From: Vicugna vicugna
Taxonomy: Eukaryota
DNA: 64,000 nucleotides
Assembly (NCBI GenBank): GCA_013265495.1
Contig: MU058065.1
Coordinates: forward strand, 4,686,976 to 4,750,975
Reading direction: 5' to 3'
The translations under genes and the position numbers were made by a program. Shown in pieces: positions 39,243-51,392 of this stretch (position 1 is its first letter; every line of letters starts with the position of its first letter). The notes beneath the pieces are model-generated. The model was not told the origin of the DNA, searched no databases, and saw nothing but the letters and a program-made list of their open reading frames with translations.

Positions 39243-42200
39243 GCTTACATGTTAACAGTTCTATCTTAAAGAAACTAACAATTAACTTTTTTACAGGAAA
39301 ATTCTCATCAAAGATCGATGCCATTAGCATTAATGAAGTCAAATTTCTTGGCACTTAGAAGTTACTTGCTAAAAGGTCTTGAGCTCATTCAGGGACACCG
39401 ATTTAAATAATCCATGTGCTTATTGGCTTAATAACATTAATACGGTCAAAGCGGTAAATTCAGGCTAATCCAAAATCTCTCAGGCACTGCTCAGATGCAG
39501 CTTAGAGACAGCTGCTGAAGGCTTGGCAGTGTGCATGAGAGTTGAGATAAAAGAGTTACCTATTCTTCTTGTCTCCTGGAGAGCGCTCTCTGACCTCCAC
39601 GGGTAAAGACCACTCAGCCCATTGCCAAATGATGTTTCACAGAAGGACTTCAATATTAATTCTACCGGAAATATTTTAAAATGCTAACTCCATCAAGAAT
39701 TCCTGGAATGACCACTGTCGTTAATGACTTACTCCTTGTCCCTGCTTGGGTCTCCATGTTGTACACCTGGGAGGGAAGTGCATTTTTCTCTCCTTAGAGC
39801 TATCTTTAAATTTTTCACTTATTTGACAGCTGTTTGTGCTATTTAAATATTTGTTGCAACTCTTTTATGTCTTACTTTGTTAACTGGACAGACCTTTATG
39901 GAATGTTTCCTATGCAACATGGTAACTCCCATTGTCACACTAAGTACATTATCATCTGAGTACTTAGTGAATAAGATAAAGTCCTATTCTTCATGGCATG
40001 GGTTTCCATATGTCCCCTGGAAATGAAAGAAGCTCAAAGAGTAAATGTGAAAAGCATTGTCTGCATTTTAAAGAACTGTCACACATTTTAAAGATAGGAC
40101 AACTATAATGGGTAGAAGTCAGTTAAGGCTGTAATTCCAAAGAATATTTTTGCAGTTGATCAGTTGATTATAATGTTATTGTATTACTTGGCCAGTCCTT
40201 GATAAAAATGGTCTGAATTCGTCAGTTCAACTATCCTGATGTTTATTCCTCTTTCTCTAGAAAGTAATTTTAGACAGAGTTGTGATAATACACAAAATGT
40301 GTTTGGCCAGGGGATTTTTGTACCTTCATCATTATGGAAAATTCTGGGACTATGACCAGGAAGAGAGGGAACAGCATTCCAGGAAGGCTGTTTCCATGGG
40401 CCTTTAGGGAACTCATTTTCCCACTTCCTTTGAGACTGACATTTAGTGTCATCACTCCAGTTCTCCTTGACCTGCTGAGGTGGGTTTGCACGTGTCACCA
40501 CTTGAAAGGGCTCAGAAGAATGCTCTATGGCAGGTTTCTATCTAGCAGAGCCAAGCTTCCAGCATCACTGCTGCCTGTGTCGGCTGTGCTGGGCACGCAC
40601 CCCTCTCCTGTACTGCAGCTCTGCGCCCCATCTCACTACCCTTTCTCCCCGGTCCTTGGCACCATGACTCCATCCACTCTGCTCTTAGCACCTCCTTTCT
40701 CAGCCGCTATTTTCTTATTGTTTTAACTCTGCTCTTCGTTTGTAGGTTTCTTCTACGTTAGGCTTAGGCAGACGTGGGTCATCGAATAATTGACCTTTTT
40801 CAATTCAGCTGTATTCCTCACAGCTTGTAGAAAATGCTACCGGACTGAAATTTAAAAACAAAAACAGCACAAAGGCTAGAGAGAGCTGGGGCTTGCTTAC
40901 CGCCCCCCCGCCCCCAGATGACTCCAAACCAGATTCTGAGCCACAGTCGGTCCCCTAGACTCAGCAAAGACAGAGATGTTCGTGGCCTGCGACTCCTCCC
41001 TGAGATGGGCAGACTGGAGAATGATAAGGAGAAAGAAACCAATTTAGCTCCTTACAAGCCTATCATTGCAATCTCTTTAAAACTGTGTTTCTTGCATGTA
41101 TTATCACACTCTTGACGCATCCTAGTAAATACCGTCTTATGCTACGTATTTCTACCTTCTGAACTAAGAGAGGTAAGTTGAGCAAGCATATCATCCTTCA
41201 GCCTAGGATGTCCCCTTAAGACTCTTGTTTTCCAAGAAAGACTGAGGAATCCTCTTTTAAACATTCCTGGGGAGTATTATATGGCTTCCCCTTCCTGTTA
41301 GATGCATTTCTTCACCCGTTAGAGTAGGTAACCAGATGTGCCTGTCACGTATGGATGGGGACAATTTGTAACCGAGAGAGAAAAAGGGAATAAAGCACAG
41401 AAAACAGCCCCCCTATTAATTTGCACACATGCGGGTCTTGTCCAGATACCTTAAAAGTAATAGTTTCCCTTCCCGAAATCTCCAAGGCTATTGTGGTTGA
41501 CCATGAGGTCAGAGGAAAGGCTAATTGCAAGAGCAGCTGTCATCGACCCCAAGGGTTAGCTGAAGACTCAAGTACAAAGGCCTACTGATTCTCCAAACAT
41601 TCCTCCAGGCCCTCGGAGGAGTCTCGCCACTCAGCGTTAAGGAGATTAGGGATGGGTGAACCACAAACATATTTAGGTACGTTTTCCCTTCTTATAGTCA
41701 ATAAAATGGATGGCCACTTAATGTGGATTTTCACATTACGTTAGATACAGCTAACATTACTCCTAGGTACTAGAAACTTAATCCTCAATTCAATACCCAG
41801 CACCACAAAAGCGGTATCGATTTTAAACTGCTTGGCTGCCAAATGTGTCCACACTATTTGGGTTACCAAATCAAGGACTTAGCCTTGGTTACAGGGAGAT
41901 GGCCAGACTCTGCATTATTTCAACATGGCCTCAGCAATGGACATCTAAAGCTGTATTGTAACCGTATTTCTCCCCTGCATTATTATTTATCTGTAAACAA
42001 ATACCACATTGTCAGTTCTAAACTATTAAAACTATTACTCATTAAAACTATGAATCTGAAAGTTGTATAGAAAACATAGGAAACTATTATGATGTAATGG
42101 GGGAAGAAGCAGATACATGGCAGTTGTAGCTATGAAAATATGTATTCACTTGGCTAATGATGAAGAAATATTTTTAAAAATATTCGATATTATAGGGTTT

Positions 42201-42969
42201 AGGAATGCTGAGATTTTTATATCTGACTTTTCTTTAATATGATTGGTACATCATGATTTCTTTTAGAAAATTAAATGGTGGCTTCCAGAAATGTGGGAGT
42301 TCGAGTTTAGCTCCTTCATTTAAATAAAGAGGATCAGGAAAAATTGACAGGGGTAATAGATTAAAAACACTCCTTCCTTTTTCAACTCAATTCCGAAGAT
42401 GAAAAACATAATTATCTGTAGTGAAACAGCACTGAGAAAGGTCACATCTGGTTCTGAGCACAGCTGTACTTAACCGGTCTCACTACTCACACTGGTGATG
42501 TGTGTGCAGGATAAACGGAGAGTAATGTGTGTGCATGTTGCATTTTGCTTGTTTTCATGTGTGTGCCACTGTGAATGAGGTAGCGTATGTCTTCAGGCCA
42601 GTGAAGTCCCTCCAGCAATGAGAAACAAGACCCTTGAGAAAAGTGGGAGTCACGTGGCAGGTAGTGACCCAGTTAGCCATGTCTGGTCTGAATGTACAGT
42701 TATCAAAAAAAGTCTGTCCTTTCACACTGACCCCTCAGATCTCTATGGCACGATGTTTCCAGAAGGTAGAGAGACTGGTGTATTCCACAACTTGCTCCTC
42801 GTAGGTCTCCAGGCACATAAATAGAACTTTGCCCTAATAGTGTTAACAAATGTTAGCCCTCTGTTAATCAGTGAATTAAAGCCAGGCATCCATTCCTACA
42901 GCATCTGGCTTAAAGAGAATGTTATAATTGAGACAAGATGGGGGAAAAAAAACCCCAGGTAGTCAGTCT

Positions 42970-43038
42970 ATTTTTTTTTTACTGAAGTATAGTTGATTTA
43001 TGATATTGTGTTAGTTGCTGGTGTGCAGCATAGTGATA
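42970..43038 (-). mobile_element. Short L1 3' terminus
   Basis: polyT ACTGAAGTATAGTTGATTTATGATATTGTGTTAGTTGCTGGTGTGCAGCATAGTGAT. Confidence 0.8.
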
Positions 43039-43989
43039 TTATTAAAAGCAATATCCACACTAACCTCCACGGTTAGCTCTCAGCTACTGCGTACTTGCTC
43101 TGAAATCCCAAATGTGATTTTTACTCTGATCCCTTCAGATCCATGACCCTTCAGGCTCTCCTTCCAGTGTTTAACTCTCCTTCCTATCTCCACCTCCACT
43201 TGGGGCTGAGCTACATTCTTCTCCTAGAGAAAATTAGGTGAGGTTTTTGAACACTGAGAAAAGCACCAGCTTATGCATAGCAGAGCCAGAAGGGGAACCC
43301 AGGACTTCAAAACACTTCGTCTTGAGCCTCTGCTTCATCCACTCTCACTCCTCCCCCTCCACTTCCCTGCCCTGAGATACATTCCCTTCGGTATTATCAC
43401 CTCCCAGTCTCATTCTGTGAATGTTCTGTTCTTGTTTAATAAAGGGGTCTTTCTAACTTCTGGCTACCCAAGTGAGCTGAGGACAGAGGTCACCAGAAGG
43501 CTGTCATAGGTGAGCAGAATGACCAGACTGTGGGTCCTCAGTGGACTAGCTGCCAAGAACCTTAAAAAGACACTGGAATTTAGAGAGTAGATAAGGTATC
43601 ACTGAGGGGTCTTTTGGGCCAATTTGTATTTCATTTGCGATGAAACATTAAATATTAAATTGATAGATTACACCTGAATATCAAGAAATCTGCAAAAAGC
43701 TAGTCTCCCAAGAAACATCAAGATTACCACTCGTCACCAGAGAGAGAAAGGGGACCTGGCTACTCCCAGGGCGCCACCTCATGCTCTGGGCACCGCCCCT
43801 GCCCCTCCTCTTCACTGGGGTCTCTACTTTTCTCCCTGGATCACCTCTCTGGTTTTTTTTCTCTAAGCCAGTGCTTTCATCATTCTCCTTCTCTTTCTAC
43901 AAACAGCAGCTTATCTTTATTTATTATGGAAGAAATAAATAATCTGTGTAGAGCATCACCTGTCTTACTTCAGAGCTGAGCTGCCTTCT

Positions 43990-44448
43990 AGTTGGACACC
44001 GGTCCATGCCATAAAAGTGCAGGAGCCCCTCCGAGGTCACAGACCTGTGGCGGATTTCTTGGCCACAGTTGTCGTCTGAAGGTAAATCTCACAGTGTTGG
44101 CTGGGGGCGGGGGGCTTCTACGATTGGGTTCCCCTGGAGGTTTTAATGCGCAGTTGTTCTCACTGAGCTTCCAGGAATGTGTCGATTACAACTCAGATTT
44201 TCCTTCCCGACGCTGATTCCCGCTGCTGTTTCCTCTTCTCCTGAGTCTCTGCTCCAGGAAGCCTTGCCTCCAGGGACCCCCCTTCTATCTCTCTAATCTT
44301 GGGGACAACAGATTCCGCCATGTCTGCCCCTCAATTATGAATCTAAGAAGAGTTGTTGATTTTTCAGTCTGTTCAACTAGTTCTCTATTGTCAGGACCAG
44401 TGACGATGCCCAAGCCCCTTCACATGCGGCAGCTGAGACAGGAAGTCC
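43990..44448 (-). mobile_element. Old L1M 5'-end fragment
   Basis: ATCTAAGAAGAGTTGTTGATTTTTCAGTCTGTTCA...CACATGCGG...CAGGAAGTCC resembles the antisense 5' terminus of L1MC/MD-type elements. Confidence 0.65.
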
Positions 44449-45075
44449 ACAGCTGCTTTCTTTGTAGTCGATCGATAATCTTTAGGTACAGCGGACAGTG
44501 ACCTCTTTTCTGCCTTTCTCTGCTATTGTTTCTCCCACTAAATTAACATTTCTCTTCACTGAAACTATCTTTGGGTTTAGAAATGAACTTTATCTTTAAA
44601 CATACCTTTGTCAACCATTGCATTCCTATATGGCTCTCTTTTTCAGTGGGAAAATACAGAATTTTTAGTATCTGCCAAACTCAGTGAAACTTAAAGCACT
44701 TCATGGTGAATTCAATTAATGGGCCAATATGTTAAAATAATTACTCTATGGATAGCAGAAGAACACTGCTCTTAAACACAGAGACTTCATGACTTATTAT
44801 AGTTCATGTTGTTTAGTGTAACTTGAGGTATAGTCATTAACATGGCGGGTTATTGGGTTAGCATTCAACATTTGTTTTACATATAATGACCTCAAAATTC
44901 CCAGAATGGAACCAACCCTTCACATCTTCTTTACATGATGTTATGTTTACAAAAGGATATCACTCATATTTAAATATTTATAGAAGACTTTAAATTAGTG
45001 TTTATAACTTCAGAACATTGAATAGACATACACATGTATGCCATTGGGAAAAAACCCTTAGAGTCCCAAACAGAG

Positions 45076-45132
45076 CATACACACACACACACGTGCGCGT
45101 ACACACACACATACATAGAAGCACACACACAT
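45076..45132. repeat. (CA)n/(CG) alternating purine-pyrimidine tract
   Basis: CATACACACACACACACGTGCGCGTACACACACACATACA. Confidence 0.85.
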
Positions 45133-45549
45133 ATATTTATCTTTAAAACATTCAGTGCAATTGTTACCTTTACCCTCACTGAGGTGGTGGTTTTCCTTAA
45201 GAGAAGAGTTTATTTTTTCTTTCTAGGGTGGTTTTTTCCCCTTGGCCTGGAAGTTAAGGAGCCTAGGTTTGGCCTCACTCATATAAAAACTCACCATGTG
45301 ACAAGTCACGGTGGATCGGGGTCCTCAGTCACCTTCCCTAAAGATTGTGCGTCTTTCTATGCGCTTCTGGAGAGTGAGTTGTCGGCTTCCTGGATGCTCT
45401 CTGCCACAGCAGCTGTATTAGCAGGCCACGCTTTCCTTCACTTGCAGCATGTTTTTGAAAGAGGTCCTTCACAGATAACCAAGATGGCTTGCCGTCGCTA
45501 TTACAAAAGGTTGCCCTTACCTCAAATGATTAAAAATAATATAATTACA

Positions 45550-46060
45550 TTTATCACATGACCCGTAATCCCACACCCGGGTATTTTCTCTAGAGAAATG
45601 AGAACTTATATAACCACGTGTTTGAGACTATTTATAGTAGTTCTATTCATAATCACTAAAAACTGGGAAAAAACCAAAATGTCCATCCACTGATGAGTGG
45701 ATAAACTAACTGGATTCCACACAGTGGAAAACTACTCGACAAACCTGTGATACACACAACTTGGATGAATTTCAAAACGTCATGCTGAATGAAAGAAGCC
45801 AGTCTCAAGAAATTGCATACCTTATGATTCCATTTAGATTAGACACTCTAAGAAAGAGTCAATCATAGTGATAGAGAAACGATCAGTGGTTGCCAGGGGC
45901 TTGCAGATGAGGGGGCTTGACGACAAATGGAGAGCACCATGGAGCTTTTAGGGTGACGGAATGGTTCTGTAACCTGACCATGGTGTTACATGATTTGATA
46001 CACGTATTAAAATTCACAGAACTGTACACCCTCAACGTCAAATTTACTGTACATTAACTT
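45550..46060 (+). mobile_element. L1M (L1MC/MD-like) 3' fragment
   Basis: AAATGTCCATCCACTGATGAGTGGATAAAC...GAAAGAAGCCAGTCTCAA...TATGATTCCATTT...CAGTGGTTGCCAGGGG...CACAGAACTGTACACC. Confidence 0.85.
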
Positions 46061-46224
46061 ACTACACAGTAAAAAGTAATATATATTAATTTCAAATGAA
46101 ATTAAATCAAGCAAGAGACAAATGAACAAATAAATTCAAACAAATAATATTAAGATAAATGATCAGACCATGATGTATCACTGATTCAGACATAACTTCA
46201 AGACAGGAAAATATAATGATGAAG

Positions 46225-46400
46225 ACCTCAGTTTTAGAGTCAGTCATTAGAACCTTTTTCTGCTACGTAATAGTTGTATGATGTTGGAAAGGTTACTGAC
46301 CTGGGCAGAGACTCACGTCCTCATGTATTAATTGTAGATGGTAATAATTCTCACCTTAAAATATTGTTGTGAGGATAAGTATTAATGCATGTGCTTAACT
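46225..46400 (+). mobile_element. MIR
   Basis: TTTTAGAGTCAG...GTAATAATTCTCACCTT...TTGTTGTGAGGATAA. Confidence 0.6.
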
Positions 46401-46759
46401 ATTAACACTTAGAATCATCCTGTTAATATTACGGTGGAAATGTTTGTATGCATTTCTCTATTTAGTGCTTTCCTGATAAGGAAAATCTGGCTATTGCTCC
46501 CCCTCCAAAAAAAACACACCTACACAGATGTACAACCACCATCACCAACACCATCACCATTGTCCTATGCAGCACACTGGGGCTTTGCTATAGACTCAGA
46601 CCTCTAGAGAAATAAAATGCTAATTGCTACAAAGCAACATATTGAGAACATCTGTCTTCAGAATACTGCAAAAAGTCCTAATATATTTTGGAAGTTAAAA
46701 AAAATGCAGTTGGTGAAGTGAGGACTATTTAGAAATCCAACATCTTCACTCCCAAAAGA

Positions 46760-47765
46760 AAGACATTAGCGTCTTTGTCCTTGGCTTGCCTTTTTCCCTG
46801 TGCAGTCACTCCGTTAACACTCTCATCGAATCTGTCAGTTTCTGTGATTGCATCTAGGCAGTGGATAACTCTCAGATCTATATTTACCATCTTGGTCTCT
46901 CTCCTGGGTTTCAAGATTTGATTTCTAACTCCTATTGGAGTTAGGTTATCCAAATGGTGATCTCTAAGGCATTATCTGAGGCTGAGCTCATTCATTTTCC
47001 TTTGGAAAGCTTCCCTTTTTTTCTGATGTTCCAATTCTGTTAATGGTGCCACCAGTTTCTCTGGAAATCTGCCCCAAATGCTTGGTTTCATTGTCAGCTG
47101 CTTTTGTCCAGGACCACGAAGCAAGACTTTGCCCGGTTACCTCTCATTTAAACTGCAGCCATGGTCTACGTAGACAGGTCTCCCACCAATGCACCATACA
47201 CTCAGCTGCCATATTAATTTGAAATACAGCCACTGTATAACGTCCCCGTTTGTTAAGTAGATACTTAAAGCCTTTCCTAATTACCTAAAGAAAGAATTCT
47301 GAAACAACTTGGCCCAACATAAACTTCCCCTTGATTCCTCACTATATCCCTTTAGCCAACTGGGTAGTTTCATGTGCCCATTTTACACTTTCTCAATTCC
47401 GTGACTTTGCTAATATCCCTTGTTTTATAACATAACATATTTGTTAATATAATAGTCCTTTTGTCTGGAAGAGCCTGCACCTTCCCATGTTTTACATTTC
47501 TTTAATTCTGGCTTAAAAGCCTTTCCATGCTCCTCATACTGGGAGTGATTTTTAGACTCCTTTGAGCTGACATAGCACATTTGTTATTACACTTTTATGA
47601 AATGTATTACTTTCTGCCATTCATTAAGAGTATTTATGGGTATATATTATATCCAGGGAGAGTAAAATATGTGTCTACGTCAGAGTGCTGAGGTGGCTAG
47701 ACTTATACCTTGTATTATTAGTAGGTGCTCAATACGTATGTTCTACTGAAGAAAAATGAATGGGC
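46760..47765 (+). mobile_element. L2 fragments
   Basis: GATAACTCTCAGATCTAT...GTTAATGGTGCCACCA...; tail AGTAGGTGCTCAATACGTATGTT...AATGAATG. Confidence 0.6.
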
Positions 47766-48949
47766 ATCATTTTACCCAGACTAACCAGGTCGTTTTTTTT
47801 CCCTAGCTGCCCTCTACCATCTAGCCTTGGGGCTCTATTGTGATTTCCATCCTGGCTACTGATGGCCAGAATGATCCAGGCTGGCTTGACTGACAGTTGA
47901 ACAGCACTCCCTGACATCAATTCTTTGAAAAGATATTCAAAGCTGGTCCACTGGAAGGCTTCAGCTGAAATCGCAAACACTGACTATCTTTGAATATTCC
48001 AGTGTTTCACTCGCTTACTCAGAGCCCAGGTATGTCGGGCTGGTGATTACAGCGTTTTCAGTACACAACTATTTCACCTACAAAAATACGTTTTTGCCCT
48101 TGGAAAGAGTATTGTTGCTCTGACATGGAGGGAAGCCAAAGAAGAGTTAATGACTAAAGTATTTCTAGACTCAACCAGGCTATTTAAGGCTGCTATCATT
48201 TTTTTTCTTTCTTTCTTTCTTTCTTTTTTTTTTTTTTTTTGGAGCCTGGAATATGGCTCCCAATTCCTGGAATTTGGGTCTGTTCCTAGAGTGAGCTTTC
48301 AGATGCTCTATTACCAGTAGAGGCTTACATGAGAAATCATAATAATTAACATGTGTGCTCCTTAAATCTGAAGGTTTCCAGAATTCTGTAAATCAATAAA
48401 TTATTTTTGCTCCATTTAGTTAGAAATCCAAAACAGATTTGATACATATTTTTTTAAGACACAACTTCATTTTCAATGTTCCTTATTTGCAGATGCAGCC
48501 AAATTCCTAGATTTTAAGATTCCTACCTTGCCTCCTCATCTTCCAAATGGAGGCCCAGCAAATTTTGGAAAATGAAGAATCTAGGTTTTATGTATATTTG
48601 GGGTCAGATTCCGGGATTTTTCCTTGGCTGAGCCTCAAGCAACTTAGGCTTCTAGACACACACTGCCAAGCCCCCGCACAGCTGAGCTCAGGCTAAATTC
48701 AGAGTTCTTCATCTCAGACCGGCCACCACACAGCCGTAAAAGTTTTCAGCCATCAGGCTCAAAGTTACGCTTAATTTGCATTGTAAAATTTGGCAAGATG
48801 AATCCCTTTCTAGCAAAAATCTATCTAAGCTTCAGGGGCACTCAGGTTTCCCGAAGCTTATAAATGCAAGCTGCACAATGAGCCACTCGTCCAAGGGAAA
48901 TACCAGGGAGGGAGGAATAATTGTTGCACACTGGTGAGTAATAAAGTTG

Positions 48950-49465
48950 ATGGAGCGAGGCGGTGAGCTCGAGTAATGTCCACCCCACCCACTGCGACTC
49001 GCTGCTCCCCGCCGCCTCCTCCCTCCTCCCTCATTTCCATCACCTGCACCCTAAGGCTCCGCGGTCTGTGGGAGTCATTTCGCCCTTCCCGGGGGAAGCA
49101 GATGAGTCTCTGAGCTAGTCTGTGCTGTGTTTCTCATTTAATGAATACCACACACATGAATCTTGAATGTGCGCGGTACCAGCCATGAGTAATTAAGTCT
49201 GGTGGGAAGGAGAGCTTGGGCGGACGTGCACAGATCTGGCACAGGAGCAAGGCTGTCTGGTTCCAGCAGGGCGTTCTTCCGAGTGGCAGCGCCGTCTGAT
49301 CCCTGGAGTCGAACCCCCGCCCCCCCCGCCCCAACTCTGGTCCAGGTTGTACCCTGTGCGAGCCCCCGGATTTCGCCCATGTCTCTCTCACTGTCCCAAG
49401 TCTCCATTGTGTCACCCTGAAGAATGAAGGCAATGTTTTCCGCCCGCTTCCCAGAATGATCGAAA
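48950..49465. promoter_or_regulatory. CpG-rich patch (weak orphan CpG island), candidate promoter/enhancer
   Basis: Roughly 28 CpG in about 510 bp by hand count, far above the surrounding sequence; GC boxes (CCCCGCCC). Confidence 0.55.
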
Positions 49466-50384
49466 ACTGTCAATGATGATCAAAAGTAAGGTTATCATCA
49501 CGACTGAGTTAGCTTTAAAAATACTCCCTTCTTGCTTCTTTTTACCGCTTCGGTTTAAGGTCCCCTTTACTCAACACCTGGCCTAACTACACCACACAGG
49601 GAGCACCTGAATTTGAACTTGCATCAGCCTAACAGATGTTTTTCTTGGCACTGAGCCAGAGATAAAAATTCCTTTCAACGAGCCTTTATTGAGCAGCTAC
49701 AATGTTGCACTGCAAACCTGTTCAACCATCAAACCGTGGGCTGTCTGAAGGCAGCGTTTTCTTTTTCGCACTGGCAAATTTCATAAAATCCGCAAAATGT
49801 TTCCAGCATTAGGAGTGAACATAAAGGAAGCATCGCTAGGAGGCTTCTTTTCTCAGCATAAATATTAAAAGAGCATTTGGATCCGTGTGCCACTGTGCAC
49901 TCAACTCGGTCACTTTCTGAAGCCAAAGCAATTCCAGGTACAGCATAAGGGAGCACTAAGGCAGCTTCAAAAACACAGTTCTTCAGGTGCGTCAATATTT
50001 CACTTTCCTTGAGTAAATGCTTGTATGTCTGAAACTTAAAGGAGTACGTAGGTCGGGATGCACCTGAACTTCAGAAACATAGTTGGGTGAGACAAAGAAC
50101 TAGGAAGAGCAGGAACACTTGATCTTCCTGAGCACAGAGTTTTGTCCAAACCTGTACCTTATCTATTTTTAGCCAGGTAAGCTACTGACACGGAGTTTAT
50201 TAAGCTGGTGATCTAATAGATTTTAGAGGAAGTGGTGGGCAAATCAGCCTGCGTTTATTGGGGGATTATGACTTCGTTTATTCCAGGCATCTTTTGAATC
50301 ACTGCTGCAGGGAGACAATCTTGGTCTTCCAAACCTAAAAGAAAGCTAGCAACCACTGTTTCTGGATAGAATATGCTCTTTCAT

Positions 50385-50650
50385 ACGTATGGAGACAATG
50401 GTTAAGGATGTGGGTTTGTAAATCAGAAAGCCTGGTTTAAATGCCAGGGGCAACCATGCCCTAACCACAGAAATCTGTGCAAGTCTCTTTATTTCCCAGT
50501 GCCCTGGTTCTCTTACCCATGAAAAGGGGATATTAATAATAACTATCTCATAGAGTATTTATGTGATTTATTTAAAGAAGGTAATTCAGGTTAAAAACTT
50601 AAAACAATGCTTAGCATATAGTAAGTGTTTAATAAATGTTAACTACTGTC
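50385..50650 (+). mobile_element. MIR, near full length
   Basis: ATGGTTAAGGATGTGGG...AATCAGAAAGCCTGGTTTAAAT...CCATGAAAAGGGGATATTAATAATAACTATCTCATAGAG...GTAAGTGTTTAATAAATGTTA. Confidence 0.85.
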
Positions 50651-50869
50651 ATTTTATACAAACGTTTTAAGAAACTTGTTTCTTAAACAGATAACACCTA
50701 GCTATTTGGGAATTAAGGACCATTTGCCAGACTTTATGTTACTTAGTTCAAATACTTTGTAATTTATGGGTCCAACCATAGATCTGTATTCTGTAAAACA
50801 TGTTACCCTAGGAGCTATTGCAAAGTTTTTACAAGAGTCCTTTCATCGCTCTTAAATTCCTTAATGGTA

Positions 50870-50876
50870 TTTCTTT

Positions 50877-50925
<49 letters not shown>

Positions 50926-51015
50926 TTCCCTCTCTCTCTCTCTCACTCTTTCTTTCCCTCCCCCTCTCTTTCTTACCTCACCCTTTCTCTCTACTTCCCT
51001 CCTTCCTTCCTTCTT
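50870..51015. repeat. (CT)n / polypyrimidine tract
   Basis: Direct read. Confidence 0.95.
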
Positions 51016-51347
51016 GATCTGTTTTTTGTTTTGTTTTAGGTTATCTAGACATGTTTACAAAATTATCAAAATTTTTGAGGATAAATCTGACCTACTGATT
51101 TGAATAAACTTGCAGTAATTATTCACATGGTAAATATTAAAATAACCACATGCAATTGCCAAAAATCAATCTGAGTTTTTCTTAGTATCAAATCTTATTT
51201 TCAAGATTGCCTGCCATGAAAGTAAAAACTAACATCCATTCCATCAGACTTGAAAACTGTGAAGATCTTGTTCCAAAGTTAACACATTTTTTCCCCCAGA
51301 AATTCTTTTAGGTGTGTATTTGTTATTGCAGTTATATATTTGTTTCC

Positions 51348-51392
51348 ACATTGTAACTGACTATACTTCAATTAAATAAAAAAAATTTTTAA
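51348..51392 (+). mobile_element. Ultra-short L1 3' terminus with probable TSD
   Basis: ACATTGTAACTGACTATACTTCAATTAAATAAAAAAA flanked by ATATTTGTTTCC and ATAGTTGTTTCC. Confidence 0.75.

Noticed and set aside
45034..45561. 175-aa ORF
   Set aside because: Runs through a (CA)n tract and into an L1 edge; low complexity, no homology recognised
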